NCBI GenBank assembly: GCA_964016885.1
Contig: OZ024760.1
Coordinates: 11,904,001-11,968,000, forward strand
DNA from: Eledone cirrhosa
Taxonomy: Eukaryota
Length of the DNA: 64,000 nt
Direction: 5' to 3'
Below, in pieces: positions 58,401-64,000 of this stretch. Within the stretch, counting starts at the first letter, position 1, and every line of letters starts with the position of its first letter. The translations under genes and the position numbers were made by a program. The notes below the pieces were generated by a model. The model did no database searches. It was given only the letters and a program-made list of their open reading frames with translations, and was not told the origin of the DNA.

Positions 58401-59510
58401 CCCATAACACCATGTAGAGACACCGTCATAAGGCGTGTCTAGGACACTTTTAAACCTGGCAGAGCCCAACCCTCTCCAAGTCTGAACATAGCCGATTTTT
58501 TTCTAGAGGAAAAATCGACCCCAGTACTAGACCGGTACTTTTTTTTATCGACCTCGAAAGGATGAAAGGCAAAGTTGACCCCAGCGGGATTTGAACTCTA
58601 AACACGCAACGAGGTGGGACGAATACCGTAAAGCAAAAAATGGTGTATAAAACCGAAGCTTTTCGATAAATTAATTCATAAGTCGACATATTGACCGGAT
58701 TTACCATCAGGGAGGCCCTTCTTCCTGCAAAAATATGTTTTTACCTCCATGTCCCAAGTAAGGGGTCTCATAACTTAACACAGGGCCTCATTTGTCCTAA
58801 ATCCACCACTATCTACCTCAACGTATTTTCTGATTTGTTCGTTCATTCCTTCCTTCTTTTCTCTGAATACTTTATTTACTGCAAACTGTTCATCTTTTGG
58901 AATAATTTATGTAAATAAAACACGATTGCTTGCGAACATTTATTTATTTCTTAGCATTGATATTATTACTACAAAGTATTGGATGGAATCGTGGCGCTGG
59001 AGGCATTTTTAGAAGGGAAAAAAACTGGCAGAGCCATCCCCGTCCCACCCCTCTCTCTAGGTCTGAAAATAGCCGATTTCTTCCAGAGAGGGAGAGTGAA
59101 ACAAAGAGAGCGAGAGACAGACACAGAAAGAGAGAAAGAGAGAAAGAGAGAGAAAAATAGAGAAGGAAAGAGAGAAAGAAAGAAAAATAGAGAAGGAAAG
59201 AGAAAGAAAGAGAAACGATCCCAGTACAAAACAGGTATTAAATTATCGAAGACGAAATGATAGATTTAACTTAGTGTTACAAACATTTAACAAGGTCTTT
59301 AATATATATATTGAATGGAGTTATATAATTAGAAAAGGTGTTGTATTTCTTAAATTAAGGCGATTTCTAATTTAGTCCTGGCAAAGATTTACACCTGCCG
59401 TCCGTGTTCCAAGTTAATTAGGACAGCAAATGTTAAGCCACACCTTAGCTTTACGTTTAATCAGACGAGCTGGAATACATTTTTATTGCCAACTGAATGG
59501 AGTAATTGGC

Positions 59511-59546
<36 letters not shown>

Positions 59547-60255
59547 TAATATATATATTATATATATACAGACACATATATATTATATATATACAGACAC
59601 ATATATATTATATATATACAGACTATAAATATATCTATCTATACACACACTATCAATATATATACATACAAAATATCCACGAGCCGAACGCCCTAACAAT
59701 TGAGCCACACACCACCAATATACACATGAATATATATATATGTATGTATGTGTGTGTGTGTATGATGTATACACAAATATACTCATATACGCATTTATAA
59801 ATATGTATACGTACATTCACAAATATACATACATATATACACCCACCAACACATACACACAGCACACATATATATAAACTCACACACATACACCAATAAT
59901 GCGGTACAATGTGTTACCAAACATTAATTTACCAAGTTCAGCTTAGCAAGGTGTCCGCAATGCGGTGTGTTTGGGTACATCATCTTAATACTGATGGTAG
60001 CTGGATACATGAGGCGTATCCAAGCATGGGTCCCACTTGGACTAGGAGGGAACACGTTTTATTAACCCTTTACCATTTAAACAGGCTGTATCCTCTTTCT
60101 GTTCAAACAGGCTGTCACTGGCCACTCATACCGATGTTAAGGTATTGTTCTCAAAATAAATAACATAAATATCTCGTAGATTTGATAGTATGTGAGATGA
60201 AGCCTTTACTGTGAAAATACAATAGTATATATAGAGTAATGTAAATGTTATGTGA

Positions 60256-60285
<30 letters not shown>

Positions 60286-60292
<7 letters not shown>

Positions 60293-60477
60293 AAGTATGA
60301 CCCCGACGGCAGAGCTCAAGCCGTTTCGACGGGTATTTCTGGACTAGTCCAGAAAGTCGTCGAAACGGCTTGAGCTCTGCCGTCGGGGTCATACTTTTTC
60401 ATATTACCCACTCTACTACCCTAAGTATTGAGTACTCTGGTGCGTTATGGTCCATCTGGTTCCTTACCACGACTCCG

Positions 60478-60480
<3 letters not shown>
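60286..60480. mobile_element. Fold-back element of the gaccccgacggc family in (TA)n; inverted sister copy at 62400-62558
   Basis: Palindrome 60286-60403 centred on ggact|agtcc; arms contain GAAA-cggc-ttgagctct-gccg-TC-ggggtc. Confidence 0.88.
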
Positions 60481-60528
<48 letters not shown>

Positions 60529-60568
60529 TTGAAAATATTAACAAAATAGATATTCTTGTGATCAAGTA

Positions 60569-60635
60569 TATTTTATTATACATATTTCAGAGGTACTGAG
60601 TTAAGTTCAACAATACGTCCTCATCAGATAAAATA
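60569..60635 (-). ncRNA. Minimal type I hammerhead ribozyme motif, intact
   Basis: Minus strand: tattttat CTGATGA ggacgtattg-ttgaacttaact-cagtacctct GAAA tatgta TA ataaaata; perfect 8-bp stem I. Confidence 0.82.
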
Positions 60636-61204
60636 AGATGATGCATTGTTTAACTTTTAAATATATATATATATGTATATATATATGTGTGTGTGTGTGT
60701 GTGTAAATATATATATTTGTGTAAATATTAAGATGTGTAAAATTGATATTTTATGAAAGCCTATAAAACACAGGGGCGGTGGAAGTATTTCTGAATTGGT
60801 GGGGGCCAGATTTGGTCAATTTAGTTGTATTGGTTAGTTTAGCTGTTATTATCAAATATCAATATCTAGATGTAATTAACTTCGATCTGTGATAAACATA
60901 ACATGTATATATATTGTATCGTATATAAATATATACAAATAGATGTGTGTTGGTAGTTTGGGGGAGGAAAATATAGAATTATTGGGGGTAGGGGGTATGT
61001 GTGTGTGTTTGAATTTCTATATACATACATATATACACATACATATATATACACACGCACATAGATACACATACACATAGATACACATACATATACACGC
61101 ATCGTACTGCCTGTGTTTTGTTCCCGTTCAATTTTTCACTATACACATATATATACACACACACATACATACACACACATATACATACACACATATATAC
61201 ATAC

Positions 61205-61261
<57 letters not shown>

Positions 61262-61360
61262 CATACATACATATACATATACACACACACATACACACAC
61301 ACACACACACACATACATACATATACACACACATACACATACATATATATACACACACAT

Positions 61361-61405
<45 letters not shown>

Positions 61406-62134
61406 TATACACACATATATATACACACATACATATATATACACACACACATATATATACACACACACACATATATACAATATATATACATCGGCTGCCT
61501 GACACCCAGTTTGGTCTCCATCCCCGAACTTCTTGCTTTATAACTTTCTTAATGAATATTTTTAAATAACATTTTACAGAGATACGTTTTAAAATGTTGA
61601 CATTACGATTATGTTGATAATATTAATTATTATCATTATTGCTATTTTTATTTTATTTTCGTAATTCAAATGACATTACGTTCGTATCGATAATCTATGA
61701 CATTTTATTGCTTGATTTTATTCAATTAATCAATCAACAACACGAAATTAGAAAACATTTAGGTTATTATAAAGTCGAATTAAAAGTGTTTAAGAAATGA
61801 AAACATCAACGAACGGAATAAAAGTATTTAAATGTTTAGTTTAAGGTTGTTTTATTAAATATTGTCAACATAATCGTAATTTCCATCCTCTAACAAGTAT
61901 TTCGGTAAATTTTCATTTTAAAATATATATTATTAAGAAGGTTATGAGGAAATAAAGTCTGATAGGGGTGTGGTGGTTTTTACTAAACTTTAATTTATTA
62001 CATCTGAGGAAGAGAGAGAAGCCGGAGGAAATAATATATTTTTAGCATCGTCTGCATTATAAATGGAGGAGAAGGGGGAAAAACGAGCTAGGGCAGCAGA
62101 TTTTAAAACATTACTCAGTAAACCATTTCTTTGT

Positions 62135-62167
<33 letters not shown>

Positions 62168-62172
62168 TATAC

Positions 62173-62303
62173 ACGATATTAATAAATGGAAACTATATTT
62201 ATAAAACCATATTTATTTCATTATACATATTTCAGTATCCCTGAAATATGTATAATGAAATAAATATGGTTTTATAAATATAGTTTCCATTTATTAATAT
62301 CGT
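62173..62303. repeat. Perfect fold-back palindrome (63-bp arms, loop tatcc) of the same family as the 12261 hammerhead
   Basis: Right arm GAAAtatgtataatgaaataaatatggttttataaatatagtttcc matches 12304-12365; partial - strand copy at ~18625-18690. Confidence 0.9.
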
Positions 62304-62556
62304 ATATCTACTCCAAATACTTGTCGAGTGCTTTATCTCAGTTATAAAAATATTTACTTGTTGTATCCCAACAATTTTAAATAGAACTTTTGCATATAAG
62401 GAATTGTGGTAAGGAACCAGATGGACCATAACGCACCAGAGTACTCAATACTTAGGGTAGTAGAGTGGGAATAGGAAAAAGTATGACCCCGACGTGACTA
62501 GTCCAAAAATAGCCGTCGAAACGGCTTGAGCTCTGCCGTCGGGGTCATACTTTTTC

Positions 62557-62627
<71 letters not shown>

Positions 62628-62899
62628 CATAAACGGAGAAAGCTATTAGCGATACTCCGACACCAATTTCCATCTCACTCAACAAACACTAGGAAATACT
62701 GGAGTATATTCCCAATTAAACGTTTGGGCACTAACTATATTGTATTGTGTGGATAATCGGCTGTATTATATATATGTAGTACGTTATTCCGGGTTGAATC
62801 GGAGGTAACCACAGTAAGTAAGGTACTCAATACATTGCAGAGTATATGATTTCTAAAGAATGAAACAGTTCTAGTCCTGTAGAATCTCATCTATATTAA

Positions 62900-62930
<31 letters not shown>

Positions 62931-63371
62931 ACTATACATTAACGGAGCCATAGATTCTCGCCATTCTCTGTAAATAATGTGTTCAAAGGAGAGGAAATCC
63001 TAGGCACTTTAAAATACAATATGTTGAAAAGGTAACGCACTAGAGAGAGATACAGTGCGCCATCAATAACACAGGGAAAAACTACCAGTGTATGGAATCT
63101 ATAACCTATGAAGGGCAGACTATAGACACGATAATTAAAAAATATATATATATATATATATATTTGTTTAATATCGTATATTTATTTATATATATACCCA
63201 GAAAAAAACACGATTTCTTATCAAAAATTAAAAAAAATCTGCAAAACAAATACGTCGCCGATATATATATATGTATATATATACTTTATTTTGGCAGTCT
63301 CTTGACAAACTGATAACCTTACGGTCCCAAGTGTATTTTAGCTGCATTCTGGCAGCGTACTAATCGCCGAA

Positions 63372-63408
<37 letters not shown>

Positions 63409-63769
63409 AACGAAAGAAGTGTGAACCATAATACACCAGAGTACTCAATACTAAGAGTAGTAGAGTGGGTAATAGGAAAAGAATCTTTTCCTATATATAT
63501 ATATATATGTACATACACAGTCGGGACTTTAAAAGGAAAAATTAGGTATATTTTTGTCTATTATAATTGTTACACAGTGCCGGGTTTATGATTATGCTTA
63601 GGTGTACTTAAACACTGGTCCCGTTGGCCAGGGGAGGGGCCTATCTTCCAGCCCCAAAAGATTTTTACGAGTAGAAGCTTCATAACTAAACTAGCACAGG
63701 GCCTCATTTGTCCTAAATCCGACACTGGTTAGATATATCACTTAAATCTCTCACAGACCTTAATTTGAT

Positions 63770-64000
63770 AATAAAAAAACGAAAGCAGGCAGGTATTTTC
63801 CAGGTAGTAATTTGGCCACAAAAAAGATAAACTATAAAATCAAATCTGAAAAGTAATTAGTTTTACTTTGATAATTAAAAAATAAAAGCAGGTATTTTCC
63901 TCGAATTAATTTGGCCACGCACACACAAAAAAATGTTAAACTATGTAATCAGGTAATTTTTACTTTGATAATTAAAAAGCGAAAGCAAGTAGGTATTTTC
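63770..64000. repeat. ~100-bp tandem repeat running off the right edge
   Basis: aaagc..aggtattttc...taatttggccac...tactttgataattaaaaa recurs 2-3 times. Confidence 0.65.

Noticed and set aside
57640-63360. Candidate annexin first exons (donor-like cttac at ~57648 and ~63317)
   Set aside because: No ATG in the required phase 0 with convincing context; left unassigned.

Overview
Eukaryotic, AT-rich and very repeat-rich genomic DNA. The repeat families and huge (TA)n tracts suggest a coleoid cephalopod such as Octopus; this is inference only. Two intron-rich genes lie tail to tail. (1) On the + strand, ten exons (9458-40252) splice in frame into a type I membrane protein: two duplicated 20-aa exons (DSH[YF]KFSA[ML]KPY), five TSP1 repeats, one EGF domain, a TM helix and an ~80-aa Tyr-containing tail. 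Its 5' end was not found. (2) On the - strand, eight exons (55475-44191) encode a complete four-repeat annexin core; the start exon was not found. Almost all other ORFs in the track are microsatellite artefacts or decayed LINE/DNA-transposon fragments. The most striking non-coding signal is a set of short Penelope-like elements inserted in or next to (TA)n tracts. They carry minimal type I hammerhead ribozyme motifs, with intact cores at 12261-12320+, 21414-21460-, 52710-52751+ and 60569-60635-. Many copies are fold-back palindromes whose symmetry axis falls in the ribozyme's stem II. All structures were read by eye; no folding, alignment or database search was run.
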